Shown piece after piece: positions 12,793 to 23,599 of a stretch of DNA of 64,000 nucleotides. The stretch's first letter is position 1. Each line of letters opens with the position of its first letter. The stretch covers positions 704,001 to 768,000 of the forward strand of contig CAVYRF010000002.1 of NCBI GenBank assembly GCA_963770895.1, given 5' to 3'. This DNA comes from an uncultured Acidobacteriota bacterium. GTDB lineage: Bacteria; Acidobacteriota; Thermoanaerobaculia; Multivoradales; UBA5704. The position numbers and the translations under genes were made by a program. A model generated the notes under the pieces. It was given only the letters and a program-made list of their open reading frames with translations, was not told the DNA's origin and did no database searches.

Positions 12793-14970
12793 TCATCGCC
12801 GTTGAAACTCCGGCGAGCCCAGGATGAGGCCCACCACCTGCTCGATCGCCGTGGGCGGATGCCGCGGCTGGACGGCGCGCACCACCTCCGCCTGGCGCAC
12901 GCGGCCGCCGCCAGCCCCACCGCCGCCGCCCTGCCGCAGCGGCCTGACGGGCGGCGCCTGCATGTCTTCGGCGGCGGCGGCGACCGGGGCCACCGATGCG
13001 GCCGACGCCGCCGGGGCGGCCAGAGTAGGCCCGGTCGCTGCCGGCGCCGGCGCCGCCGCGTCCACGCGATGCCCGACGTCGGGATCGCTGACCAGCGGCG
13101 TCAGCAGCTTGATCGTCGTCCCCAGGTCGCGCCCAGGCAGCAGCAGGGCGGCGTAAGTGCGCAGCGCCTCCTCGCGCGATTCGGGTTCACGGCCGTCGTG
13201 CAGCGAGGGCAGATCGACGTCGAAGCCGGCGATCCGCTGGGTGGCAAACTGCAGGCCGAAATTCATCCGGTTGAGCAGCGACCCGGTATTGACCCAGGCG
13301 TCGCCGCGGTCGGGATAGCCGGTCGGCGCCAGGTACGCGTACAGCGGCTCCCCCATCCTTCCCACCCAGGCGATCAGCTGGCGCGGATCTTCGACGTGCG
13401 CGCCCGACGCCCGCACCGCCGAAACCGCCAGCTCGAAGGGCGATTTCACCTTGGCGCCCACCGCCTGCGGGCTCCAGAATTCGCGCGACTCGACAAGGGT
13501 GCGCAGCAGGGCGCGCACGTCGCCATTGGAGCGGTCGTAGGTGGCGACCAGCCGATCGATCAGCGCCTGCGGCGGGTGGTCGGAGACAAAGCGGACCGCC
13601 AGCTGTTCGGACAGGTGCCGCGCCGTCGCGGGATGAACCGCCAGCAGGTCGAGCACCGCTTCACCATCTTCGATGCCGCGCCCCGCCGGCAGGTGATAGC
13701 CCAGGATCACCTTGGCGGCGTCGTCGTGCATGTCGGCGCGGAACAGGAAGTCGCCGTCGGTATGGAAACCCAGCCCGCCGTACTGCCGCACCCGCTCCAG
13801 CCGCTTTTCGGCAGCCTCGCGCCCCGGCCCGGCGGGCAGCACCGTCCAGCCGGTAAAGGCGCGCGCCACTTCGATCACGTCTTTCTGGGTGTAGCCACCG
13901 TCCACCCCCAGCGTGTGCAGCTCCATCAGCTCGCGCGCGTAGTTCTCGTTGAGGCCGTGCCCCTTGGCACGCTTGGCCGGCCTGGCCAGCGGCCCGCGCC
14001 GCACGTTCATCGCGCTGATTTCGTCGCCCATCAGGGTGGGCGCGTCGGGCGATGCCGTGGATTCGGCGTTGTTCAGGTAATAGAGCATCGCCGGGTGGCG
14101 CGCCGTGGCCTCCAGCAGGCCGCGCACCGTGCCCAGGGCGTTGGGCCGGATCGCGTCGCGCTCGTACGACAGCAGGTAGGGGCGGGCCTGTCCGTTGGTC
14201 TGCGAGACGTTGAAGTGGTTGAACCAGAAATCGGTCATCACCTCGCGCAGCTGGTTGCGCGACTCGGCGGCCCGCAGCAGCTTCTGCGCCTGCAGCTGCA
14301 AGGTCAGCTCGCGCTCGGGCCGGTAGCCGCGCTGGCGGGCGAAGTCCAGCAGCTTGGCGCGCAACCCCGACCGCTCCATCTCCTCCAGTCCGTTGACCGG
14401 TTCACCAGCGGCACCGTTGGCCGCCGCGCCGCCACCCACCGCGGGCACCGCGCCCGGCATCGCGCCGCCGCCGGCACCCCCCTGCCCCCCTCGGCGAAAC
14501 AGGTTCTGCAGCGCCTTGTCGGCCTTGGCCGCGGCCACCTCGTCCTTGGTGATGATCCCTTCCTTGAGCGCCTCGGCCAGGATCTGTCCGGGGTTCCGGT
14601 ACACTCGCACGATGTCTGCCTCGGAGAGCGACAGAGCCGGCAGCTCCCGCAGCCGCGCCTCCAGGTTGGCGTCCGGCAGCTGCCCCGACAGCTGGGCCTC
14701 AAACCACTTTTCCAGGCCCATGGCGACAACCTGGTCGATCTCGCCCGGCAGCGGCCCGAACCCAAAACGGTTCAGCAGGTGCGCCGCCGCCTGCCGCTCG
14801 TTCAACCCCGCGTCCTGCCACGGCATGTGCTTGACCGTACGGACCAACGGCGCCGCCGGCGCCGGCGCGGCCATGGACGACGCGGCCATCCCGGCGCTGC
14901 CGGCCACGCCGCAGGCAAGGGCCACAAGGCCCATGGTGCTTACAATCTTGGGTGCTCGGGCTGCTCTCAT
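12793..14970 (-). CDS. DUF1800 family protein
   Basis: HLLNRFGFG, FWFNHFNV, NENYARELMELHTLG, VARAFTGW, SPEFQRR. Confidence 0.9.
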   Translation of the reverse strand: MRAARAPKIVSTMGLVALACGVAGSAGMAASSMAAPAPAAPLVRTVKHMPWQDAGLNERQAAAHLLNRFGFGPLPGEIDQVVAMGLEKWFEAQLSGQLPDANLEARLRELPALSLSEADIVRVYRNPGQILAEALKEGIITKDEVAAAKADKALQNLFRRGGQGGAGGGAMPGAVPAVGGGAAANGAAGEPVNGLEEMERSGLRAKLLDFARQRGYRPERELTLQLQAQKLLRAAESRNQLREVMTDFWFNHFNVSQTNGQARPYLLSYERDAIRPNALGTVRGLLEATARHPAMLYYLNNAESTASPDAPTLMGDEISAMNVRRGPLARPAKRAKGHGLNENYARELMELHTLGVDGGYTQKDVIEVARAFTGWTVLPAGPGREAAEKRLERVRQYGGLGFHTDGDFLFRADMHDDAAKVILGYHLPAGRGIEDGEAVLDLLAVHPATARHLSEQLAVRFVSDHPPQALIDRLVATYDRSNGDVRALLRTLVESREFWSPQAVGAKVKSPFELAVSAVRASGAHVEDPRQLIAWVGRMGEPLYAYLAPTGYPDRGDAWVNTGSLLNRMNFGLQFATQRIAGFDVDLPSLHDGREPESREEALRTYAALLLPGRDLGTTIKLLTPLVSDPDVGHRVDAAAPAPAATGPTLAAPAASAASVAPVAAAAEDMQAPPVRPLRQGGGGGAGGGRVRQAEVVRAVQPRHPPTAIEQVVGLILGSPEFQRR

Positions 14971-15213
14971 CGCTCCTCCCCACAACCACCGGACTGCGGC
15001 GGCCGGGAATCCATTCTGCTTAAACCCGCGGCCGCCGCAATTCCTACGCGGCGCCGCGCCAACCCCACCTCCCAACGCTCCGCGCCAGCCCGCCCACCAC
15101 CACCGCTCAGGGCCGCCCGGGCGTGCCATCGCGACCCGCGCCCGCCGGCGCCGCGGCCGCTCGCGCGTGCCGTCGCGACTCTCGCGCCCACCAGCCATGG
15201 CACTTGCGCCACG

Positions 15214-15786
15214 ATGAATGACAGCGGACCCGCCGCTCCGGCGCCGGGGACCGGCGACGAGGAGAGCCGCCGCGACGTCGGCCGCAACGGTGGCAGACGC
15301 CGCGTCGACTGGCGGCGGCTCCTGCTCGCCGTACTCATGAATTTCTACCCGCCCTACCTGGGCGCCGGCATCCGCGTGCGCCTGGCGCCGGCGGTATCGC
15401 CCGCGGCAGGCGGCGCCACGACCAGCGACGGCGCCATCGAAGTGCGCATGGGCCTGCACTTCTGGAACCGCAATATCGTCGGCACCCACTTTGGAGGGTC
15501 CCTCTATAGCATGTGCGACCCCTTCTACATGCTCATCTTGCGGCAAAAGCTGGGGGCGGGCTACATCGTCTGGGACAAGTCCGCGGCCATCCGCTTCCGC
15601 CGCCCCGGCCGCGGCCCCGTCAGCGCCATCTTCGACGTGCCGGAAGATGTGGCCGCCGACATCCGCGCCCGCGCCGATCGCGGCGAAACCGTCCAACCCA
15701 CCTTCCACGCCGAGGTCACGGACCGCAACGGCGAAGTCGTCGCCATCGTCGAAAAGCTCCTGTACGTGCGTCGCCGCCCAATCTGA
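15214..15786 (+). CDS. DUF4442/hotdog-fold thioesterase-like protein
   Basis: YPPYLGAGIRV, NRNIVGTHFGGSLY..DPFY, YIVWDK. Confidence 0.85.
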   Translation: MNDSGPAAPAPGTGDEESRRDVGRNGGRRRVDWRRLLLAVLMNFYPPYLGAGIRVRLAPAVSPAAGGATTSDGAIEVRMGLHFWNRNIVGTHFGGSLYSMCDPFYMLILRQKLGAGYIVWDKSAAIRFRRPGRGPVSAIFDVPEDVAADIRARADRGETVQPTFHAEVTDRNGEVVAIVEKLLYVRRRPI

Positions 15787-16055
15787 TCGCCAGCCTGCTT
15801 GTAAGCTCCCCCCACCCCCCTCCGCCCCCCATCCCCATCCTCGACCTGCGGCACCGCCCGCAGCGCTTGCTGGATTTTTAGCTCCATATGGGCAGACCTC
15901 AATCGACCAGAGACGCTAAGACACTGCCCGAAAAGCTCGCGGCTGTCGCGTTGTAGAGCAGGATGTCTGGAACAGCTTGAGACGCCGCTAAACAAACGCG
16001 GCTGGACCGCATCCAAGCTGTCGGCAGGCAGCGCCGGTCAGTGCCGGGAGGCCCG

Positions 16056-19000
16056 ATGGACTGCGAGGACTTGGTGCTCCACCTGGGGGTGCACCCGCTC
16101 GGCGGCTACGACGTGCGGGTAATGGAGTCGCCGGCGGGGCGCGCCCGAGCGCGCTGCATCCAACCGCTGACGGTAAACGGCCAAGCCGCCTTCGCGGGTG
16201 CGGGGCGCAACATCGGCTTGACGCCCCTGGGGTCCGGCCCGGGTGGGCCGCGCCTGTCCCCGCAGGCGATCGGCGACCAGCTGTTCCGCACCCTGTTCGC
16301 CGGCGATGTCAAGGCGGCCTTCGACAAAAGCCTACACCTTGTCGCACAACGCGACCGCATGCTGCGCTTGCAGCTGCGCATCGAGCTGCCCGCCCTGGCA
16401 GACCTCCTCAACCTGCCCTGGGAGCTGCTGTACAACGCCGAGCTCGAAGAGTTCCTGTGCCTCAACCGCCAGACCCCTTTCGTCCGGGCACTCAACGTCC
16501 CCAGATCGGAGCTTCCGGCCGTCCTGCCCGCTGCCCTGCGTGTCCTCGCTGTCGCCGCGACGATCGATGCGCCGAGCTATCCATCGCTTGGCATTGCCGA
16601 CGAGCTGGCCAGGCTGGCGGACGCCGCACGCCGGGCCGGCATCCATTTCGAGGTCGTCGAAGACGTGCGCCGCGCGTCGCTGGCCGCGGCCTTGGACAAG
16701 GGGCGCTTCCATGTCCTCCATTTCCTGGGCCACGGCTGGTTCAACAGCGCAAGCGGGCGCGGCGGCCTCTGCTTCAAGGCGCCGGACGGCACTGCGGAGC
16801 TGGTGGACGGCGCCGACCTAGCGATCGAGCTCAAAGGGCTGCGCGATCTGCAGCTAGTCTTCCTGAACGCCTGCAACACGGGGCGCATCGCCAGCGACGG
16901 CGCCCACCACAGCCCATTTGCAGGCGCCGCCACCGCCCTGGTCCTGGGCGGCCTGCCGGCGGTGATCGCCATGCGCGAGCGCATCGCCGACGTGCCGGCG
17001 ATCGATGTAAGCGTCTCCTTCTATCAAAGCCTGCTGGCCGGGCTGCCGATCGAGGAGGCCGTGCGGCAGGGACGCCTCACCCTGCAGCGGCAGCGCCCGC
17101 GCGAGCTGGCCGAGTGGGCGATCCCCATGCTCTTCCTGGCCGGACGGAGCGTCCCCATGGGCGCCTCCGATGAGCCCGCAGGCGCGGTCGGCTCAGGATG
17201 GGTGCGCGGCCTGCTGGATCGCACCCTGCCACGCTGCCACCAGCTCCTCACCCGCCGCGGCTGGCTGCGCGAGCCGGCGCCGGACATTCGGCGGTACCTT
17301 GCGCAACAGCGGGCCGAGCTCCAATCGGCCCTGCAGGGCAAGACCTACCTGCCGGGTCAGGCCCGGACGGTGCCCACCGGAATCGCCGACCGCGACAACG
17401 ATGCGGCCGGCCCCGTCCACCGGTCCATAGCCGTTTCCATCCGCCAGCTCAGCAGGCGCAGCGGCGAGGCCGATGCCGTCGCCACCGCGACCGCGCAAGT
17501 CACGGCCAGGACCCGCCGGGTCCGCAACCTGATTCAGGCGCTGCTGCAGGCCCGCGAACCGCTGGTGCTGCTGGGTGATCCGGGCAGCGGCAAGACCATG
17601 GCCCTGCAGGCGGCCATGCTGGACCTCATCGACCGCCAGGCGCGTCGCCTCTTCCCCGATGTGCCGATCTATGTGCGGCTGGGTGAGTTCCACGTCGACG
17701 GCCCGGTCGATGCGGACAGAGTGCGCCAGCTGATCCGCCAGGCTGCCTCGCCCCTGGTCCGCCCTTTCCTGGGCGAGCTGGAGCGCGATCGCCGCCTTAT
17801 CCTGCTCTTCGATGGCATCGACGAAATGAGCCGCGACCGCTATGGCGAGCACGTGCGGGCGCTCAACCAGTTCGCGGGTGAGAACCGCGACTCCATCAGG
17901 ATGCTGTTCACCTGCCGCATCGACGACTTCAGCGCAGCCTTCACCCATCGCCGCCTGGTGGTGCTCCCCTTTGGACCGGCCGAGATCGCGCAATACCTGC
18001 GCAGCCATGTGAACGCCTCCTCGCTGCTGATCGACGGCAGGTCGTGGACCGCCGGCGAGCTGGCACGCTACTTCACCGAAAACGAGATCGCCGTCGACAC
18101 CTCCAACCCCTTCGCCCTGTCGCTGCTCTGCGACCACCTGAGCTTTGAAAAGGCCTGGCCCGGCTCGCGCATGGACCTGATTGAATCCTTCCAGAACCGC
18201 AACTATCAGAGAAAGAGCCGCGAAGCGCAGCAGCAGTGGCGAGACCTGCCGCCCGCCGCCACCTGCTTCAGCGCCTGGGCACGATTCGCCTACCTGATCA
18301 CCGAGCGCAGTCGCGGCGACGCAATCCCCGTGCAAGAGCTGCTGGAGCAGCTTGCCGGCGACACGCTGCAGACCATCGCCGCCGGCCTCTGGTGCGGCAC
18401 CCTAGCGCCGGTGGGCGGAGGCCAGGCCGATCAGGTCCGTTTCGAGCATCAACGCTATCGGGAGTACTTCTGCGCACTCTGGATCCACCAGGCAGCGGCG
18501 CAGATCTCGTGGCGCGAAAAACTGGCTTCGCCGCCATGGCAGGAGGCCATGCTGAACCTGGCCCTCATGGGCGGCGGCGGCGGCGGCGTAGAGTCATTGG
18601 CCATACTCATCGTCGACGACCTGCACAGCCTTGCCAAGATCGCCACCAACAACGGCCGGCAGCCCGCATCCGATTCGCCCGCACCGGACGGCGCCGCCCC
18701 GCCGCCGAGCTTCGCGGAGGCAGGGGTGCCGTACGAGCAGGAGGCCGCGCTGGCCGAGCTGGTCGATCTTGCCGCACGCCTCCTGCAAGCCGCGCCCACC
18801 GCACCTGCTGTGCACGAATCGCTGCGGCCCGCGCTAGAGGAGACGCTAAGCGCCCTGGTGGACCGCGGCCGTCCGGTGACCCAGCTCAGGATGATGCGGG
18901 CCTTCCGGCATCTTGACGATATGGAGCTCGGCCAGGTACTCGACCAGCTGACCGCCTCACCGGTGCGCATGGTGAGCGAAATGGCGCTGATCATGGTCAA

Positions 19001-20309
19001 CGGCGCCCGTGGGGGCAGGGGCGTGGGCGCCACTGATCTCGCAACTATTTTTGCTTACAACCTTACGGCCAATCGCATTATCGATCAATGGTTGACGTTG
19101 AGACGCGCGGCGAGGGCCGCCGGCCGCCATAGAAACCTGGCTCATCTGCGCTGTGCGACGGCCTTCGCGGTGCTCGAGCTCGGCCTGCTCCAGCTTCTTG
19201 CAGCAGGTCTTTTCATCGCCATCGTGGCCTCCCTGCACGCCGTGGACAGCAAGGCTCTCCACCCGGCGTTCCTGATCGGTCTGCGGCGACTGACCGGTCT
19301 GCAACTTGCAACTTTCCAATGCGCTATCACCGGCATGGCCACGCTGGTCGGGCTGAAACGCTACCCTTCCAGCGTCGAAGTCTATACCTTGCTCAGTGTA
19401 CCCATCGGCATCCTGTTCCTGGTCGGTTGCTTTTCGATGCTGAATGGCTCGGGGGCGGCGATCTATCTGCTGCTTGCCAGCCCCTTCATCTTCCTGGCGG
19501 GGCCGATCTGCGCGATCCTGTTTGCGCCAATACACCTATTGATCGTGTACCTGTACACCAGGCTACCTGCTTATCTTCGTCCATTTCGCTGCAGCCAAGC
19601 AGCGCTCTTCCGGATGGCGAAGGCGGAGCTGAACCATGCCCTGGATGCGACCAAAGAGGACGGACGAAGTCTGGTGAAGGCCGCCACGGTGCTGCTCCCA
19701 AGGTTTGGCTTCATCGCCCTCCTCTTCTGTGCCGCAGCCAGCGCGCGCGCCGTCAGCGGACTGCTGGGCCTGCCGTATCACCCCTTGATCAGTGAAGCAG
19801 CCGGCGCATCGATGGCGGCCATCATGGCCGCGACAGCCATGCATTTGATCCGCCGCGGCAGCATCTGGTCGATCGTCAAGGTCATGGCAGACACGCTGAT
19901 CAGGTTTGCGCTTGCCGCGACCGTTTCGATTGGATCGATGTACCTGGCGACCCGCTTCACGCACGCAGTCGGCAAGGCAGTCGCCATCTTTGCAGCATTG
20001 ATCGCTTCGCTCATCGCCGGCCGCAAGCTGTGGGACTGGTTGCTTCTTTCACGTGCTCGCCGGCACAAGCTGACCCCAGGCGAAGACTCGCCACAGGAGT
20101 GGACCGAGCGCTTGAGCGGCGCCGATCCCGAAGCGCAAATGCGCCTGCTCGCCGCCACCACCCCCGAAAGCTTAGGGCTATCGCTCGCAGCCTTCGAGCA
20201 CCTGCTGATTCAGGCCGAGCGCAGGGTACTCGCCGAGCCTGCGCTGAGCTTCTATTGGAAACTTCGCGACCAGATCGAACAAGCGCTCCGCCAGGAGCGG
20301 ATCGGTTGA
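16056..20309 (+). CDS. CHAT (caspase-like) + NACHT NTPase + multi-TM protein
   Basis: LPWELL, HFLGHG and LNAC (CHAT); GDPGSGKT and LLFDGIDE (NACHT); hydrophobic C-terminal third; GGGAGG RBS. Confidence 0.85.
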   Translation: MDCEDLVLHLGVHPLGGYDVRVMESPAGRARARCIQPLTVNGQAAFAGAGRNIGLTPLGSGPGGPRLSPQAIGDQLFRTLFAGDVKAAFDKSLHLVAQRDRMLRLQLRIELPALADLLNLPWELLYNAELEEFLCLNRQTPFVRALNVPRSELPAVLPAALRVLAVAATIDAPSYPSLGIADELARLADAARRAGIHFEVVEDVRRASLAAALDKGRFHVLHFLGHGWFNSASGRGGLCFKAPDGTAELVDGADLAIELKGLRDLQLVFLNACNTGRIASDGAHHSPFAGAATALVLGGLPAVIAMRERIADVPAIDVSVSFYQSLLAGLPIEEAVRQGRLTLQRQRPRELAEWAIPMLFLAGRSVPMGASDEPAGAVGSGWVRGLLDRTLPRCHQLLTRRGWLREPAPDIRRYLAQQRAELQSALQGKTYLPGQARTVPTGIADRDNDAAGPVHRSIAVSIRQLSRRSGEADAVATATAQVTARTRRVRNLIQALLQAREPLVLLGDPGSGKTMALQAAMLDLIDRQARRLFPDVPIYVRLGEFHVDGPVDADRVRQLIRQAASPLVRPFLGELERDRRLILLFDGIDEMSRDRYGEHVRALNQFAGENRDSIRMLFTCRIDDFSAAFTHRRLVVLPFGPAEIAQYLRSHVNASSLLIDGRSWTAGELARYFTENEIAVDTSNPFALSLLCDHLSFEKAWPGSRMDLIESFQNRNYQRKSREAQQQWRDLPPAATCFSAWARFAYLITERSRGDAIPVQELLEQLAGDTLQTIAAGLWCGTLAPVGGGQADQVRFEHQRYREYFCALWIHQAAAQISWREKLASPPWQEAMLNLALMGGGGGGVESLAILIVDDLHSLAKIATNNGRQPASDSPAPDGAAPPPSFAEAGVPYEQEAALAELVDLAARLLQAAPTAPAVHESLRPALEETLSALVDRGRPVTQLRMMRAFRHLDDMELGQVLDQLTASPVRMVSEMALIMVNGARGGRGVGATDLATIFAYNLTANRIIDQWLTLRRAARAAGRHRNLAHLRCATAFAVLELGLLQLLAAGLFIAIVASLHAVDSKALHPAFLIGLRRLTGLQLATFQCAITGMATLVGLKRYPSSVEVYTLLSVPIGILFLVGCFSMLNGSGAAIYLLLASPFIFLAGPICAILFAPIHLLIVYLYTRLPAYLRPFRCSQAALFRMAKAELNHALDATKEDGRSLVKAATVLLPRFGFIALLFCAAASARAVSGLLGLPYHPLISEAAGASMAAIMAATAMHLIRRGSIWSIVKVMADTLIRFALAATVSIGSMYLATRFTHAVGKAVAIFAALIASLIAGRKLWDWLLLSRARRHKLTPGEDSPQEWTERLSGADPEAQMRLLAATTPESLGLSLAAFEHLLIQAERRVLAEPALSFYWKLRDQIEQALRQERIG

Positions 20310-20563
20310 CCTTTCTCTGGAGGTGATCATGTGGAAAAGCCTTGTCGTGGGTTTCGTGTCCATGCCCCTATCCGGTCTGGCCTTGGTGATCGGTTGGGCT
20401 TCAGGTGGCTTCAAGACGGGGGGGGTGGCAGGGGCCTGCGTCCTGGCGCTGGGCTGGGCTGCCGCCGCCGTCTTGCTTTTCACCATCCGTCATCTGTCGT
20501 TGGTAGACGTCTTTCTACCCATACCGGCGGCGGTTGTCTGGTCGCTTCTGCTGACCGCGGTTA

Positions 20564-21855
20564 GTGACTGGCACGAAATAACTGCTTGATATCTACCCTC
20601 GCGTCAGGTACACTTGATGGGTGGACATCGAGTCCCTGCGCGCGAAATACGAAAGCCTTGCTCCAGCACTGACAGAACGATCACGGCGACTCTGGGCGGC
20701 CACCGAGGCGCGGGCGTTGGGGCACGGCGGGATTGCCTTGGTGGAGCGCGCGACCGGCATCTCTCGATCCACGATCGCACGTGGCATCCAAGAGACGAAA
20801 GCCGGCGCCAGGTTCGGGCCGGAGCGCACGCGTAGGCCGGGGGGCGGCCGCAAGAAGACGATCGATAAGGACGCGACGCTGCTGACCGACTTGGAAGCCT
20901 TGGTCGAACCGACGGCTGCCGGTGATCCTCAGTCGCCCCTGCGTTGGACGTCAAAGAGCGTGCGTCGCTTGGCGGCGGAGCTTCAAGTGTTGGGGCACAT
21001 TGCAAGCCACCGTCTGGTCGCCGAGCTCCTGCAGGCGAGCGGCTACAGTTTGCAGGCTAACCGGAAGACCCGCGAGGGATCTCAGCATCCTGATCGCGAC
21101 GCGCAGTTTCGCTACATCAACGAGCAGGTGCGTCGCTACCACAAACGGGAGCAGCCGGCCATTTCGGTGGACACGAAGAAGAAGGAATTGATCGGAGACT
21201 TCAAGAATGCCGGCCGGGAGTGGCGGCCGAAAGGCGAGGCCGAGCCCGTGCGGGTGCACGACTTCGTGATCCCCGAGCAGGGCAAGGCGATTCCCTACGG
21301 CGTCTACGACCTGCACCGCAACGAGGGCTGGGTCAGTGTCGGGATCGATCACGACACGGCGAGCTTCGCGGTGCACGCGATCCGGCGATGGTGGCAACTG
21401 ATGGGCCGAGCGGTTTACGGTAGCGCCACATCGCTGCTCATCACGGCGGATAGCGGCGGGAGCAACGGAGCCCGCGTCCGCCTGTGGAAGTGGGAGCTAC
21501 GAGAGCTCGCCGAACGCACTGGCCTCTCGATCACCGTCTGCCACCTCCCTCCCGGGACCAGCAAGTGGAACAAGATCGAGCACCGCTTGTTCTCCTACAT
21601 CGCGATGAACTGGCGCGCCAAACCGCTGGTGAGCCTGGCCGCCATCGTCAGCCTGATTGGCTCGACCACCACGACGGCTGGGCTGAGGGTCAGGTCCGAG
21701 ATCGACAAGGGTAGCTATCCGCAAGGCCTCGCCATCACGGACCAACAGATGGATCAGATCAATCTCAAGCGTCACACCTTCCACGGGGACTGGAACTACA
21801 CAATTTACCCAGGCAAACCTCAGAGCAAGTAAAGCAGTTATTTCGTGCCACGCCC
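20564..21855 (+). mobile_element. ISAzo13-family IS, copy 1 (1292 bp)
   Basis: Terminal inverted repeat core TGGCACGAAATAACTGCTT; 3-bp TTA target duplication. Confidence 0.92.
20621..21832 (+). CDS. ISAzo13-family transposase
   Basis: GDPQSPLRWTSKS, ISVDTKKKE, DSGGSNG, PPGTSKWNKIEHRLFS, FHGDWNY. Confidence 0.93.
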   Translation: MDIESLRAKYESLAPALTERSRRLWAATEARALGHGGIALVERATGISRSTIARGIQETKAGARFGPERTRRPGGGRKKTIDKDATLLTDLEALVEPTAAGDPQSPLRWTSKSVRRLAAELQVLGHIASHRLVAELLQASGYSLQANRKTREGSQHPDRDAQFRYINEQVRRYHKREQPAISVDTKKKELIGDFKNAGREWRPKGEAEPVRVHDFVIPEQGKAIPYGVYDLHRNEGWVSVGIDHDTASFAVHAIRRWWQLMGRAVYGSATSLLITADSGGSNGARVRLWKWELRELAERTGLSITVCHLPPGTSKWNKIEHRLFSYIAMNWRAKPLVSLAAIVSLIGSTTTTAGLRVRSEIDKGSYPQGLAITDQQMDQINLKRHTFHGDWNYTIYPGKPQSK

Positions 21856-22584
21856 TTAGCGTGGGTGGGAATGCTTTTACCGCACCCGCATGCATCGGCT
21901 CGGCCATCCTACTCTCCATCAACCTGTGGATGGTGCGCCAGGGGAAGTTTGCCAAAAGCTGGGCGATCATCCCCATCACCGTCTTCATCTACGAGATGCT
22001 GCCGGTCAACATCCCGGGGCCGTTCGACGACTACTTCTCATTTGGCGGCGATGCCGCCGTCCTGCTGCTGCAGGGCGCGATGTACACGTTCCGCAAAGAG
22101 TCGGCGCCGCTCGACGCCGCTGAACCGACCCGCAGGCTCTATCCGTAGGACCCGGCGATCGGCGCTGCTGTGCCTGCCTGCCGGCCGGCAGGTGCGGCAG
22201 CGGGCCGGCGCCCGGTAGACGGCAGGCGACTCGCGGGGCGCCGTGGCATGCGCGAAGCGGGGGTGTCTTCGCCTACGCGCCCCGGTGCGGGGCGAGGCGC
22301 TGCCATCGGAACTTGCGGCCGCCCGCGAGGACACGACCTGCAGCCACTCAGCCTTGCGCAGGCTCTGCGTATCGGATAAGAATGAGCGCGTATTGTCGTT
22401 TCCACAAAGAGACGGCCAGCAGTGCCGGCCACCCGGCCATCGCACCGGGCGTTTCGCGGCGGCCAGGCCGGCGGGCGCCAACCGGCGGCGAGCGCCGCTC
22501 CCAAACCGGATCTTGCCATGGCGCTCCGCGGCGCACCGGATATCGAGATCGCCGGGCGAGAACAACGGCAACAAGGAGCTGTGA

Positions 22585-22917
22585 TTGAGTCTCTCAACTC
22601 GTGGGCACAAGGGGTCTGGCGCGGAATCCGGCGAAGGAGGCGCTGTAGCAAGTATATATAGGACCTTTGTCGAGTTAGCGGCCGAAGTCGCTGTTCTTCT
22701 GCTCGTTGTCGGCATCATCGCGGTGCTCAATTTTCTACTGCGCCTGACGATCGGCAACGCCAGCAGCCGTTGGACATGGATACCGATCGAGATCCTGGAT
22801 GCAGTGACCTTGTTGGCCGGCTGTACTCTCGCAGTGGACCTGGTGGGTCGCAGTTTGTGGAAAGTGTACAAGGAGCTGTCGCGAGAAGACGCCCATAAGG
22901 CACCCTCCGATGACTAA
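22585..22917 (+). CDS. Small two-TM hypothetical protein
   Basis: AAGGAG upstream; two hydrophobic helices; overlaps the next gene. Confidence 0.55.
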   Translation: MSLSTRGHKGSGAESGEGGAVASIYRTFVELAAEVAVLLLVVGIIAVLNFLLRLTIGNASSRWTWIPIEILDAVTLLAGCTLAVDLVGRSLWKVYKELSREDAHKAPSDD

Positions 22918-23329
22918 GGATCAGGAGAAGCCAGAAGCCCGACCAGGGAAGCTCGGCGGGCTCCTGCGGTCTGACCCGGAACTGTCCTTCGTCGTCGGCG
23001 TCCTGAAGAAAATGGCAGGATTCCTCGTCATCGCCCTGTCCGCCGTCGGAATTGAGAAAATTGTCGACGTCCTCACAGCGCATCACGCCTCGAAGCTGGT
23101 CATCTTGCTCCTAAACCTTCTGGCAGGCGCAATCGTGATCGTCGATGCCGTCTGGTTCACCATCTACCTGATCGTCGAAGCGGTCGAATCGATCGCAACC
23201 TTGCTCAAGGGCAAGGCTTCAAAAGTAGCAATAGCCGCGACACTGATCATCCTGGGAGCCATCGCCAGCCCCTACCTGAAGACCTGGCTTGCAGCCTTGA
23301 TCCAGACCATCGCCAGCCAGAATCGCTGA
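22910..23329 (+). CDS. Small membrane hypothetical protein
   Basis: Two to three hydrophobic helices; coupled to the previous gene. Confidence 0.6.
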   Translation: MTKDQEKPEARPGKLGGLLRSDPELSFVVGVLKKMAGFLVIALSAVGIEKIVDVLTAHHASKLVILLLNLLAGAIVIVDAVWFTIYLIVEAVESIATLLKGKASKVAIAATLIILGAIASPYLKTWLAALIQTIASQNR

Positions 23330-23599
23330 CCGGACCGGCCGCGACGGCCGACCCGCGGTTCAGGAATCTGCCGCCCAGGTTGGACTAGGATGCGCCGGGT
23401 CGATCCGCTCCTTCCAGGACTGCCCCCAATCAGGGACAGGCGGCGCAGCCGCGGCGGCGGGCGGCCCGCATCGTGGACCTGCGGCAGGGGCTGGGAACAC
23501 CGGAAGCATGGATGCTGTCCTCGTACGGTGCGGCGCTGCCGCCCGGTCGCCAAGTCGGCCCGCCTTGTCAACGGTGCGGGCGGCGGTTAAGCTACCGGG

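Larger units (their letters stand above)
20329..22148 (+). pseudogene. Membrane protein (174 aa when restored) split by ISAzo13
   Basis: Removing the IS and one TTA rejoins ...LLTAV-S-VGGNAF... in frame; C-terminal YEMLPVNIPGPFDD is reminiscent of DUF1232. Confidence 0.8.

Noticed and set aside
22150-22580. GC-rich intergenic hairpins as a possible ncRNA
   Set aside because: No recognisable riboswitch or ncRNA motif; such pairing is expected at this GC content
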